This document shows positions 25,600 to 38,700 of a stretch of DNA of 64,000 nucleotides, piece by piece. This DNA comes from Camelus dromedarius. Lineage: Eukaryota. Positions within the stretch are counted from its first letter, which is position 1, and each line of letters begins with the position of its first letter. The notes beneath the pieces were generated by a model. That model was given only the letters and a program-made list of their open reading frames with translations. It was not told the DNA's origin and did not search any database. The translations under genes and the position numbers were made by a program. The stretch covers positions 57,910,001-57,974,000 of the forward strand of contig NC_087436.1 of NCBI RefSeq assembly GCF_036321535.1, in the 5' to 3' direction.

Positions 25600-25870
25600 C
25601 ATCTATGTTAGTGTTTAAAGCCCAACTCCAATTCTCTCTCCTTCAGCGTGGACAGTCATGAAGACAGTAGCCTGTATGCATCTCACTCACCTTTCATTTC
25701 CTCTTTTCACCTAAAAGATACAATTAGCATTTTACTGCATACTATCCTATTTTGTAATTGCCTATACCATACGTTTTAGCACTTTAAGATAAAATCACCT
25801 TTACTTTGCTGGTATCCTCCACTCCTAGTATTATAACAGTACAGACATTCAATGCAATATTGGTTGAGGA
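25600..25870 (+). mobile_element. L2 3' remnant
   Basis: TTTAAAGCCCAACTC...GTATCCTCCACTCCTAGT...CATTCAATGCAATATTGGTTGA. Confidence 0.45.
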
Positions 25871-26614
25871 AATGTAAATGATAGTCCCCTAATTTTTAGT
25901 ATTTAAGGTTCTGTGTCCTGTTTGTGGTTCTAATAGGCAGTTTTGAGTATCTAGCAATTTTCCAAGTTTTAACAACTGCCTCCTATCAACACATTATTTT
26001 TTAATTAAAGAAGGTCATTTAATTGTGGAATACTCATTCATATTAGGCTACTACCATTAGTTAGTAGGTCTCAGCTCTGAGAGGAAAGAGCAGAAACCGA
26101 GAGAGAGGGGTCTGCACAAAACTACAAGAATCTGCTTCACACCTTTTCCACTGGGGCTGTGCTCTTAAGGCAAGTTCTCTTGGAAATCATTTAACAGGCA
26201 CACCACATTTCCCAGTTCTGTTTCTCTGCCATCAACAGTTCCTTCTTTGTCACTTCCCCAGTTTCACTGCTGTAAGACACCCAAGAGAAAAGTGGGGAGA
26301 GGTAAATGATGAAGAGGATTCCAGAATCTCTTCTCCTCTAGGTCTTAGATTCACTGATTATAGCCTCAGTGGTCCCTCACTCTACTTAAAAAGCTTCTCA
26401 TTGACTATATTCAGTGCTTCTTCCCCTGCTCTTGGTCTTGCCTTCTCCTTGCAGTAAGAATTTATAGAAGACTACAACCTACTAACTGTGGCCCTCTCCT
26501 TTTTCTCCCTGACTCCTCTGACTGTAATAAGTGGTCAAGCCCTAGGACTAACAGTTGATGCAGATCTGCATGACCAGTATCTTCACAGATAATTCTAAAA
26601 ATAGCAAAAACAAA

Positions 26615-26830
26615 ATGGCTTATAGTTCTTTGTACTTGCTGTGTATCAGGCACTGTGTGAAGCCCTTTTTGGGAACTACTTCATTTAACCATCCCAACAA
26701 TTACATGAGGAAGAAACAGCCTTCAGAGAAGTTGAAAAAATGTCCAGGTCTTCTGCTAAGCAAGGATTTGAACGATGGTGTGTGAGATAGCACTGCCTAT
26801 ACTCTAAATGCGTGTCATTTTGCCTCCCTA
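26615..26830 (-). mobile_element. MIR SINE
   Basis: TACTTGCTGTGTATCAGGCACTGTG...TCATTTAACCATCCCAACAA...GGATTTGAAC. Confidence 0.7.
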
Positions 26831-29800
26831 GGAAAAAAGCTCTACATCTGCTTTCCAGATAAGTTAATTCCCCGAACACATCATCATCGGAGGTACATGT
26901 GAATTAGAGCACAGCAGTCAAAGCTACCTCAGTTTACTCTGTCATTTAAGTCTTTGTGTTCTGACAGTGGAAACAAAAGTCACTCAGTCTTTTCTGTCTA
27001 AGTATTTTTCTAAAACTCAAACTGAAAACTTAATGGGAAAAATAAAGCAGTTTTTCATCACTTTGCTCCCAAAGCTAGATTCCTTAATCAAGGATAACCA
27101 ATATTTTCTCCCCTACAATCCTTTTGACATTATTAAAGTCAACATAGAGTATCATAAATCTGACTTCTCTCTAACCTTATTTCTAAACTAATCTAGAGAG
27201 GGCAAAATCAGAGAAACATACATTTTTAAAGGTTCCAGTTTTGTTCCTAATTTTTTTTTAAACTGCATATTTTGTGATCATCTCAGCTATATTTAAAAAA
27301 TTATTCCCAAGAATAAGACTTGTTACATTCTGAGTTTAATTTGTTTTATAATAAAGCTTAGAGACTTTTCTCATGCCACTACTCAGTGCTGCAATTCTTA
27401 GTCATCTCAGCCTGTTAGATTTGTTCTCCTCTCTCATGGGAGTAGAATCATACCAGGTTTATCTCTGCCCAAAAATCTTGCCCTTAAGAACTATTTATTC
27501 TGCCTGTTTATAATTTCTGTTGAGCCATCCATATTGTCTAATGTTTTTCCATTTATTTTCTTTTCTAAATTACCTTCCTTGTCCTGGGCTTGGTTTTTCA
27601 TCACTCATGCATCTCTCATTTAGCCAGAATACATCGAGGCCCTACTATATGCCAGGTACAGTAAACAAACCCAAATTCCTGTTTGATGAATTTAGAGTCT
27701 ACAGGTGAAGACAGCTAACTCAGTAATTACAGAACAGTATGGGATGAGGGGTAGGAGGAGGCAGTCACACAAGAAGGGTTCCTGATTCCATGGCATAATG
27801 TCGGTCTCAATCTGTAAACTGGCATCATTCACTCTGGGCGCCCTTGCTGATCATCTCAATCTCAACTCTTACGTTATTTCCAGTACCAGACACGTTAGAG
27901 GGACATCTGCAAACAGCACAGTCTACTCTTTCTGCTCAAATTTATTTTCCAGAGTTACTCCAGAGGAATAGCTAGCTACTACTAGTGAAGTCAGCATGAT
28001 ATCCTTCTTCAGGCTATTAAAATGTCATATAGTTTTACTTCTTTTGGCCAAAAATTTAATGGGTAGCCCCTCATCAAAAACATAAAATCATGAGAAGTAT
28101 TTATTCTGAATTGCTTTTATTTCTTTTTCCAAATGTCTTCTATTGAATTTTTTCTTTATTAAATATTTTTTGGAGTAAAGAAAAGCAAAAGAGGAAAATA
28201 AAAAAGGCATTCATAATCTTACTACATTGAGATAATCACTGTTGATATTTTGGTCAATATGCTTCTAGCATGTTTTAGATGAATATATGTAAACAATTAA
28301 CAAAGAAAGCGGAATCACATTGTTGAGCCTATAAATTCACATATATTCTACGTACAAATTTAGATTACACATCTTGATTGAAAAGTGTTAATGTTATTCC
28401 TAAGCTATCTGTCTACAACATAACATTGCAAAGTGTATATATTTTTAAAAAATTGGGTATTTTTGATGAAAGAGAAAGAATTCTTCCCAGATGATCTTAA
28501 AGTGAATTTATAAAACAGAAAGCATCGGCTTCAAAAGAGTTGCTGAGAGTCTTATGTTCTAGAAAGGCAATAGTAGGTTTGTCCCTGAGAGGGCTGGTGT
28601 GAATGAATCCTAGCCCTTCTCTTTTCTCTTCATTTAATCTTTGCCCAGCACTCAATATTGTGTCTTGAGCTGTCTCATATTGCCTCTTGGATGTTCCATC
28701 AGCTTTCTTATCTGACCATGATGAAGATGGAACTCCTCATATTTTCTTTCAAATCCTTGCTTCTTTCTAATTATTGGTAAGATCATCATTCTTTCTAGCA
28801 TAGCCTTTTCCAGACAGTGAATTTCAAGAAATTCTAAAAGCAAGGTTTGTGTGGAACAGACAAAGTGATACAAGGTGATGATGTGTCCATAAAATAAATT
28901 CATTAGCCGAGTTGCATAATGATAAATTATGGGTTTCTAAGTCTACAAGCAATCTTTTTAAAGACCATAAAGTCAAGTAAAAACAAACAAACAAACAAAC
29001 ATACAAACACGCACATCCATTTAAAGAAAACACAAGCAGGGAGTTCATAAGCTGAAGTACAGAATTTCTATTCTTCCAGCACGTGCTGTCTTATTTAAAT
29101 TTCAGCAAGTTGAAGAAACTACTGTTTGGTAAAGTGGCATGCTTATTATATTTTAAAGGAGCTTCCATGTCACCAAGAGAAAGGAACTAAAGTTGTTACT
29201 GATTTAGCTAAGCAATACTTCCAAAATAAATATATGTAAATAAATAAAATTTCATGAAATACTGCCTTTATATTCAGTGTTTATTCATGGTTACTTTATA
29301 GTTCTGATAAAACTTTATCAGTCTGCCTAAGTTTTTTTTTTTTTTTTTCATTATGGAGTATTTAGTGATCAAATGTTTGAAATCAACAAAAAATAGGCAG
29401 GCTACCTGAAATTAGTTGTTTTCTATCATGAAGATGCTAACATAGTCATCATGAGAAAAACACTAACAGGCCTGTTGCAAAGAAAACTTTAAAGTATTAT
29501 ACGTTTTCCCTAAAAATGTTAGGAAGATTTACTCTTCCAAAACATATTAGAAGCTGATTAAATTGCTGCCATAGACAAAATAAAAATTGAAATGTCTTAA
29601 AAATTAAAATTATGCATATTTAAGAAAAGAATTACAAATAACTATAGGTATAAATCAGAAAAACTTGAAGGAAGTAAGGGAAGAAACTGGTGAAGACTTA
29701 AACCTTTTTTTAACCTCAATAAGTACAACTGATCCTGCTAAAATGGCAGAAAAGGAGGAATTTATTACTACAGCTTTAGAAATAAAACCTATAAGGTAAA

Positions 29801-30253
29801 CTGGAGTTGGAGACAGACAACCAAGTTTCAGTAACATAAAAAAAACCATGATTTACACATTATTTTTCACTTCTGTGTTTTACCCCCCAAAAAGTCCTAA
29901 TCATCTGATAAGTGGTTAAACATATTAACTCCCAAGCACAGCTAATTCTTTAACAACTATTTGAGACACAAGTATAATAAAAAAAAAAAAAAGCATGAAA
30001 AAGATGTGGTAATTAGGAACCCAAATTTCTTTCAAAGTTTTCTTGGGCAAAGTTTTTCCCAAGAAAGCTGTGAACTATACTCAGTTCTAAACTCCAACAA
30101 TGATGAAAGTGAAGAAATTCAGAAAAGGTCAAAGTAATGATTAAAGGTTGAAAAATTAGGTTTCTGCTGTAACCTCAGAAGTTAAAGGCAAAGCCATACC
30201 TGTCTTATACGAATTCTAAGAGGTCAAAAGTTCTGCTGCGCTTAAAAAAAGTT

Positions 30254-30284
30254 CTCTCTCTCTCTCTCCGTCCCTCCCTCCCTC
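30254..30284. repeat. (CT)n/(CCCT)n simple repeat
   Basis: Direct reading. Confidence 0.85.
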
Positions 30285-30593
30285 AATTGCCAGATGCTTA
30301 TATATTAACTCTTTTTTTTTAACCTTTGCATTGCCATGTGAACTTTTTCCAGTAAAATAAGGAGAAATTTTTAGAAAGACTAAGAAAATGAAAACGATTC
30401 AATATGCTAACGCTGCAGTTCCTAAAATAGCCATTAGCCTTACCTGCCTCAGAATATTTCGCCTGCAGGCTGCCCTGCCACGGAGCCTGGTACTGCTAGC
30501 ATATGGATCCTTTCTTTAGACTGAGGTGGTTTTTACAGCTGTGGGATTTTCTTCTTGGCCGTTTGGCATTGTTACTATTTTGGTGTGGCCCAA

Positions 30594-30750
30594 CAGCATT
30601 TCTCAACCCTTAATGTGTACAGAATAGACATCACCTGGGGACCTTGATAAACTGCAGATTCAGGTTCACGACATCAAGCTGGGCTCCAAGGATGTACAGT
30701 TCTAGCTGGTTCCCAGGTGAGGCTGATCTCTCTCTGGCCCGTGGCCCACA
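30594..30750. mobile_element. MER5-like hAT MITE
   Basis: CAGCATTTCTCAACC...ATCACCTGGGGACCTTGATAAACTGCAGATTC...TTCCCAGGTGAGGCTGAT. Confidence 0.7.
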
Positions 30751-32539
30751 CAAATGTATGTTAACTTATGAGCACACAGTTTATTAACAGAAGCCTCTCT
30801 CAGAGAAGAGACCCCCCTACTGGATCCAGAATAAGCCCGTAATATTTATTCCATTAAAGAGGGCTGACAAATGTCCTAACTGGAGACATGAGAATGGGGT
30901 CCCCTCTAAACGGGTGCTCTGGAATCTTTATGAGGGCTGTGGATTCCTGAGGAGGGTGGAGTATACTTTACCAAAGTGTAGGGGTAAAAGGGGGAGCTGA
31001 AGGTCATAAAGCACTAATTCCACCGACAGCACAATTTTCTAGCATTGTCATCATTCAGAGAAATTGGATTCAGAACGGTCAACAAAATTACAGTAGACTC
31101 AGCTTTTCTTTTTTATCTTTTGAAGTAAACTTTTCTTTAAAGACTTAAGACAACCTAAAATACTTTCTTTTTGTATTTTCCATTTTGGATTTTTCAAGCT
31201 TAATTTTGCCTTACATATTTAATGACTTTAACCTCATTAATATTAATTATTAAACAAAATGACTTGTATCAAAATTTCTGTTTCCTTACTTAACCCGAAT
31301 AGTAGTGGTCACACAGTTTTCCCAGGTGGAACAAGAACATGTATTTGTCTGGCAGGAATTGACTTTGGCAGTGTGTGCCAAAGAGATCTATGTATCTTCT
31401 TAATTCAGAATGCCCAGTCTCTTCTCCTTCTACACTGAATCAGTTCAAACACAGTCTGTTGACTGACATAACAACTGAGTAGTGACTAACTGCTATGAGA
31501 ATGCAAATATCAAATTGTACAATTCTGTGACTTTTTAATAATAAAATGGTGATAGCAATTCACTGCACTGCTTAAATCACTATTTTAAAATAATAGAACT
31601 AATTCGACTTATTTTTGTACAATTATTCTATTTTTTCCCACATGTCATTGTTTTGTTAATTCACAAATTTAGTTTTATCAGTGGCACCTAGTTATTTGTA
31701 CTGACAATGCCAAATAAAAGATGCCTGTGTTAAGAACTTAAGCCCTAGGGAGTGCATTAAGATACAGAAAACAAAACAAAACAAATACCTGTTTTAAATA
31801 GTTAGAATAAAATCTATGAAATTTAATGCAAATTAGTCTTCAAGTCTCAAAGTGGCTAAGTCTCCTCTATATGAATAGAATTTCTTTGACTATATCATCT
31901 TGCTATAAAATAGATAAGTAAATTAAGGTGCACAGTAGAAGGCAAATTGTTCATACTAAATTCCTTTCCAAAAGCAGTAGAGACAGAAAAGGCATGATGA
32001 AGGAGCTTCATAGCTATAATACAATGAAAATGACCAGAGTGTTCGAAAACAATCAACTGTAATAGAATAATCCTGTGTTACTTTCAGTCCATGCTACAAG
32101 GATCCTTAGGTTCTGCAGATAATCCTGCATCTAATATTTCTTGAAACATTGGCAAGAAGTAAAGTTATGGGCTCAGATTAGCCTCCCCGTCAATAGTCTT
32201 ATAGAAACAGCCTTATCGATTCTTCAGTAATTTGACCAGTCCAAGTGCAATTATCCATCTCCTCAAGCCATTTCATTCTTTTATACTTTATAGGTGGACA
32301 CCAAGCAACTGCAAAGAGTGATTTTACTTAGATGTGGACTTAGATGCAGCCACTAGCAGGGAAACACACACACACAAATGGTATCCTTAAAATATTGTGG
32401 CCAAGTAATTATATAGCACAAATCTTTCAGGAGTGAATAACACTCAATTGATCTTTGTCCAAAGCAAAACAGGAGAGTGGTTTTTGAATGTAACATTTGA
32501 AATCAGTCTGGAATGACGCCGAAGCTCAAGTTAATAGCA

Positions 32540-32708
32540 CCATTATCCTAGGCAGCCCTATAAGCCTCAGTTTTCTCATAATGGAAAGGGCGATAAAAAT
32601 AAGTCTTGCCTCATAATATCTGAAAATCAAATGAGAAAATTTCTGAAAAGCATATAACACACAATGCCTGGATCATGTAAATTCATTTTTAGGTCTTAGC
32701 TATTATTG
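32540..32708 (+). mobile_element. MIR SINE remnant
   Basis: AAGCCTCAGTTTTCTCATAATGGAAAGGG...AATCAAATGAGA...ACAATGCCTGG. Confidence 0.7.
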
Positions 32709-33043
32709 CAGTCCCTCAATTTAAGAAACCATTGCTTGTAAAACACATCATCAATTTAATAAAACCTTTTCAAGAAAATATACTATCTTAAATATATACA
32801 AGTATGTAAAATGTATTACAATTTCAGGGAAAAATATTCTACTGAAAAAGTTTTAGAATGAAAGAAATCTGAAATTATCATTTGGAGTGCTCACTTCTGC
32901 TTTAATTCAAGGGTTCCAGGAAGTCAGTAAAAAATTGTGTGAGAGTGTGTGTATGCTCATCTATATTTATAGTAATTACAACAAATAGTTAATATATAAA
33001 ATGAAACAAAAAAGAGTTGCAGAATTAAAGAATGTCTTTATGT

Positions 33044-33087
33044 TGACACACTGTAAAATGATTATAAATCAATAAAAAATTTTTAAA
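33044..33087 (+). mobile_element. Ultra-short (~44 bp) L1 tail insertion with 17-bp TSD
   Basis: TGACACACTGTAAAATGATTATAAATCAATAAAAA between AAAGAATGTCTTTATGT (33027-33043) and AAAGAGTATCTTTATGT (33088-33104). Confidence 0.8.
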
Positions 33088-34268
33088 AAAGAGTATCTTT
33101 ATGTCTCATTAGGGAATAAAAAAAATACCTAAGGATATTTTTCAAAGACATATATTTCACTCTCATTCACCACTTCTGTATTGATAGTTTACAAACTGCT
33201 CATATTCATTTCTTGATTTTAAGTCATCATAGCACAATCTTTTCAAGTCATCTGTAGGTTGGCAAATCTGTGTGTTTAAACATCTTCATTCAGTTTATAC
33301 AAAATTTATGTCTAGTCTAAGACACAGAGTAAGACATTTTTAACACTTCATAAAACAAACTACCTATATCCCTACATTCTGCCAAAGATGGTTGGGGGAC
33401 AAATATTTGCTTTGCCAAATTATAACTCCAGAGCTGCTAAATGGTAGATGGTTATATTCCTAAATGTTTATTTAAGAAGGTAATATAAGTTTAGAATTAT
33501 AAAAAATGTAAATATGACTTAGATATGCAAATATCTTTTCTGCAAGGTAAGATAGTAGAGTAGAAATTCTGAAAGATTTATAAAAGCCACATATGCAACT
33601 GGCCCTAATAAACTGATGCAACCTTCTCCTTTTTCTTTCCTCAGCAACTCAGTAAATGAAAAATTATTATGTGACAATGACAGAAGCAAATACAGATTTA
33701 GATAATGGGACTGCTGGAGGCTTCATCTATTGAAAAAAAAGTTTCCTATATAAAAAGGCACATATCAAGGATAAATCTAAAATGATGAAACTTCTCATGA
33801 AGGAGCATTCATTTCTTCATCTCCCTATACAAACATACATTATTTTCTTTCTCTCCCTGGCCCCTGCATAATGAGTTGCAGCTGAACACAAATTTTTCCC
33901 TCTAGTGGCAGAAAAGCCCACAGAAGAAACATGATCACCAAAGGTGAATCAAAGCTGAAAAAACAAAATCAAAGCAAAACTGGTGTCCTTCCATGCCATG
34001 TTTAAGAAAATGCTTGGTGGGTGATAAAGATGTGTAGAAGAGGATGACTATATTTATTGCTAACATATAGCTTTTCTATAGCCAAAGATAACACTAAGGA
34101 TACAACTGAAGAGACAAGAAGGAGGGGTGACATTTTCCCCACACTGTCATAACCATGAATCTTTATAATTATTGCCATCTGCCTGAATGGTGAACACTGA
34201 TCAGCCGAACAACCTTCAAGTTGAGGTATTGTGTTACAGGATGAAGCCATATGACAAAACATAATACA

Positions 34269-34810
34269 CAGGGATGGCTTCATGGGCATACAACCTAGGC
34301 AGTCTCATGTGCCCCACACCCAGAAAGGCCCTGCGCTTGGTTTAATGCACTCCACTGCTATCTTGAAATTGTGATAATTTTATGTCTGAACTTGAAAACT
34401 GATGGGACAATAAACCACAAGCTTGAGCAAAACATATACATGTAATAGAAGTATCCATTGTTCCTTCTTGCCCTGTTCTCATGTAGCATTTGCCCTATCC
34501 CCTGGGTATGGAATTCTTTTATAGCCATGGAACACAGGACTTCAGTAAGTCTCAGAATAAGGAGAGGCACTGACAGCCCTGAGAGGCTTTCTATTTGAAC
34601 CAGAATTTGCTTCAAACGCAGATAAAAAACATTCTAAGAAACATAAATGACTGAAAATGACTCAGGAACCCTATCACATCTTTTTCACTTGTGTTACTTC
34701 CATTAGGCAACTACTTGTGCTGAAAATTATGACAGAAACAACGGGTAAGTAGGGTGACCACTGCTCCTTTTCCTTCCATCCAGCCTCAGCAATCAGGAAG
34801 GCAAAGTGTT
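34269..34810. mobile_element. hAT-Tip100 DNA transposon relic (Zaphod/MER91-like)
   Basis: Terminus CAGGGATGGCTTCATGGGC...AGAAAGGCCCTGCGCTTGGTTTAATGC...TCTTGAAATT followed by internal sequence. Confidence 0.7.
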
Positions 34811-34819
34811 TAATGACCA

Positions 34820-35720
34820 CTGATAGGCTGATGGGTTTCAAACCTACCTACCCAGACCAGAACTCTCATCTAGGTTCTAAGTTCATACATTCAACAACCT
34901 ACTGCAAATCTCCCCGTGTCCCCTAAAGGCCTCTCAGAATTATTAGATCTAAATCAAAGTCATCACCCACACATGCACAGCCTTGTCAGTGTTTTTTCTC
35001 CGTTTTCCCCATTTTAGTTATTAATAGCTGTTACATCCATTCATCCCAGCCATGATCTTATGCTTACTCTAAATCCCTCCCTCTATTTCACCCTCCACAG
35101 CCAATCAAACACGATGTTGTGTCAATACTTCTTTCTCAAATACTCTGACCCTTCCCTTGTCTATCCTCCAGGACTTGGGAGCACACCCATCTGTTTGGCC
35201 TGGATTATTGCTCTTTGCTCCAGTTATCATGGCCTCCAATTTACCCCAACACTGCCCTTCCTGCCTGAGTAATACTTCTAGAGGGCAAACTAGGTCTTTA
35301 CTTCCCTGCTAATGAAACATCGTAATTCCTTACCTCTTTCAGACACAAAGTTTAGCATCTTTAATTTTTCTTACAAGTATCTTCAGGTGAAACCTCTGTG
35401 TTTTTCTCTACACTTTGCCTTTCCCCTTTGTATGCTAGGCTGTGGCCACAGAGAGCTATTTAAATTTCCCAAATGATGAGCAGGAGGCATCTTTAAGACA
35501 GAAAAGAGTGTTGAGACTGAAAAAGGTATTATTTGCTGAGAAGTAGAATATGCAGGGGCATGAGGAAACAGGGCTTGGATGGGAATTTTCTACAGTTGAG
35601 AATGGCTGGACCATCCATTGTGTGGCAGTGGGAACGAAGAAAGAAAACCCATTCAAGGGATATTTAGGAAGTATGATTAAGAGAATCTGGTGAATAACTG
35701 AATAAAGGAAGTCAGAGAGG
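34820..35720. mobile_element. L2 fragments (plus-strand piece, then a minus-strand piece from about 35500)
   Basis: TTCAACAACCTACTGCAAATCTCC and CCCTCCACAGCCAATCA, then GGATATTTAGGAAG...GAATCTGGTGAATAACTGAAT. Confidence 0.55.
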
Positions 35721-38700
35721 AAAAAGGATGACCATGAATACACAAAGTCAAGCTCACTAGGACAATCACTGAGACTACACAGGTATTGAGAAATAATGAA
35801 AAATGAACATGGTAAAATTGTCAGAACCTGTAGAAACCCAGGCAAAGATGGCCAACAGGTTGTAGGGGTGGGAATACTGGAGGGTTTGAAGCTGAAGATA
35901 TTTATGAAATGTTATAGGAATGTTTTAACAACTTGTGTAAACAATACCAGTGCATAGTAACTGAGTATCAGTCAGCCTGCAGGGCTCATACCATTATTCC
36001 TGAGGGTGAATTTGTTCAATGATTTTTTTTTCCCTAAAAATGCATGCCTTAATAAGATGGTGACATTGAAGGAATACAATTTTGACTAAAAGCAGGGATA
36101 GTTGCCACAGAGGACACTTTTGTAGGGAAAAGTACCTTTGGAATTAGTTGTTCACAGATTCATTCAAAACTTACCAAGTCTGTTTCATGGGTCGTTCATA
36201 CAATATGAAACAAAACGTCATGCCTACCTCCAAATTCTTCATAATCTATTTAGAAAAAAAAATCATAAAACTTTAGGTCTAGAAGAATCTTAGGGGATAT
36301 GAATCTTAATTATTTCACAAGAAAAGTGAGAACACTAAAATCAGAGCTGTGTAAGGATGTATTAAGGAGAATCACAACTCTCCTTGGTGCTCCTTCCTGT
36401 GCACTGAGTCAGTGATCAGTTTTATCCGAAAGTGGGACCCTGACGTCCTCTACACATAACCGCATAGCCTGCTGAAGGGAGAAGATCTATGTTGCAGCCT
36501 GGCCTGCAAAAAAAACATGACACTTGCATTCACATCACACCAGCCAGACTGGCTGCATCGCATCGCCTTTACCTAACTTGAGAGAGGTGGTGCAACAGTG
36601 TTTTCCATTGTGCTCAAAGAAAGAAACACAATTGGTGAGCAAATAGCTTGGCTCTCCCACCTTTCTGGTAGGAGGGGCAGGCCCCGGGTTTTTTCCCTTG
36701 TTCCCTGAGCCCTAGAAACCTGTAAAAACCAATGTTCAGATTTACTTGGTTTGGCATATGCCCTCAAAATGAAAGCTAGACTCAGCACTCCACCCGATTT
36801 TGGTCTGGGTGGTTTTCCCAGCTTATACAAGCATGTATGAACACATTTTCAAAACTGACATGCCGTTTTCAGTTGTTTTAAGTGGGACATCACTCCAGTT
36901 CCCTGGTATACCATGCTATGGCAAACAGGAAGCCACTATTTGACTTATTTATTTTTTGTTAATTTTTACCTCTAGTCCTTTTTAGGTCTTTAATTCCAAT
37001 CTATCTTCATAAATTAGACATTGATTACTAATTCAAAGTACATTCAATTATTCTCAGGCACTATTTCCTAGTTTCATATTTAGGCTTTCTTTGTCTTCAT
37101 CAAAATCAACAGGACACGCACTTCTGCCCACTGCCTCTTGGTATCAGAGTCACCAAGGAAAACACAATACAGTCAAGCACCGGATGGAGCAGTGCTTTTA
37201 CTCACATAGAGACTGAGCAAAATCAATTGCAATAGAGTGTGTGGGCCCCTGTTCCTGCCCCACTGGCAGCCCGCATGCACATCTCTTGTGATGTAGCAGA
37301 TGGACTCCAACCTGTGCAGTTTGAAATACTGAAAGCTGGGGGTGAGGCTGACGGCCACTGACACACATGCTTAAGCAGAACAAAGGAGTACACACTGAGT
37401 CTGAAACAGGGAAAGATCTTCCCACAGAAGGCGATAAGCATGGCATGGACAGTGTGGGCTCTTTATCTCTTGGTAAGGGAGTGTTCCAGGCCCCAGGTGC
37501 ATTCTTATGTGGCCGAAAAGGGGTCAAAAGACTGCCCATGAGACTGCCTTTCCCAGCAGCCTTTCTCCAGATAAACGCTGAAAAATGTGGACCATTGTTG
37601 GTTTCTTTGAACATGTTCTTCTTTTTATCTTCATCAGAGTATTTCCAACTATACTTTCAGAGTTATATTTTACAAGCGCCCAACATTCTTAAGTCATTTA
37701 CTCCCTGGCCATAAATCATCCCTCTCTGAAACCTCCAAAATATTTTCTAAACTATAGGTCACAATCTGATTAGATCTTTACTGTTGTTCATTTTCAGGCA
37801 GCATTTCTTCCACCAGAGTAAGACACAAAAAGGGAGTTCTTGGTCTTTTACAATCATGGCTGGCGACAGTGAAGAGTTGGTATTGAACACCATTTGGTTA
37901 TAGATGCAGGCCTGAAGCAGCAAGAAATAGCTTAGCAAACTTGAAACATATAATGAGCGCACATGCCAACCAGCATGTGTTCACCTGTTCAATTAAGCTG
38001 TGGATAATTATAAATATTCTATTCCTCTTTCATTTCTAGTAAAATTATACCTTAAGTTTGTTTCATCTCATGCTTTTCTTGGAAAGGCAATGTGGGTATT
38101 TTTGTCTTCATCTTTTTTAGTCAAGAGTAAACAACCACCTTTGCTTATCATCGCCAAATACTTTTTAAAGTAGGTTTCTCTTTTTTTTTTCCCTTCCTGC
38201 TTATTTTTCCATTCTAGTTCACAAAGTAGAATTTCAAACCTGATGAAAACCTATCTTAAAAATTGCAAACAAAGAATTAGATAGTTAATAAGCAAAATGT
38301 GTAGGTTTAAAGATAACATCTTAAGGTTTTAAGATTAATTTATGAGGACTTAATTATCTTGTTATCTTAGTGTATTTTCACTCCAAATTTATAAGCTGAA
38401 ACAAAAAGAGTTAGATTGCTTTTTTAAAGTCGTTTGTGCTATTTCTTGGACAATTGTTCCTTTCACACTTTAGAGATTAGTATTCATCTTTATATTTTAC
38501 CAAGTTAAATTGAGCATTCCAAAACAAACCGCTTGCATTCTGTATGAGATCTGTTTACACTGAGGCTGATTCATACTTTATCAAATTTAAATCTAGAGTT
38601 TCAGAACTCAAACACACATTTTTATTTTACTGCACATTGAGGCACATCAAACAAGTGTGATTATCGGATTGAATATCATCTTGAGATGAAAACTATTCTT

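Noticed and set aside
29655..29800. Plus-strand open stretch KNLKEVREETGEDL...KPIR followed by GTAAAC
   Set aside because: A-rich composition explains the K/E content, and there is no acceptor or family resemblance.
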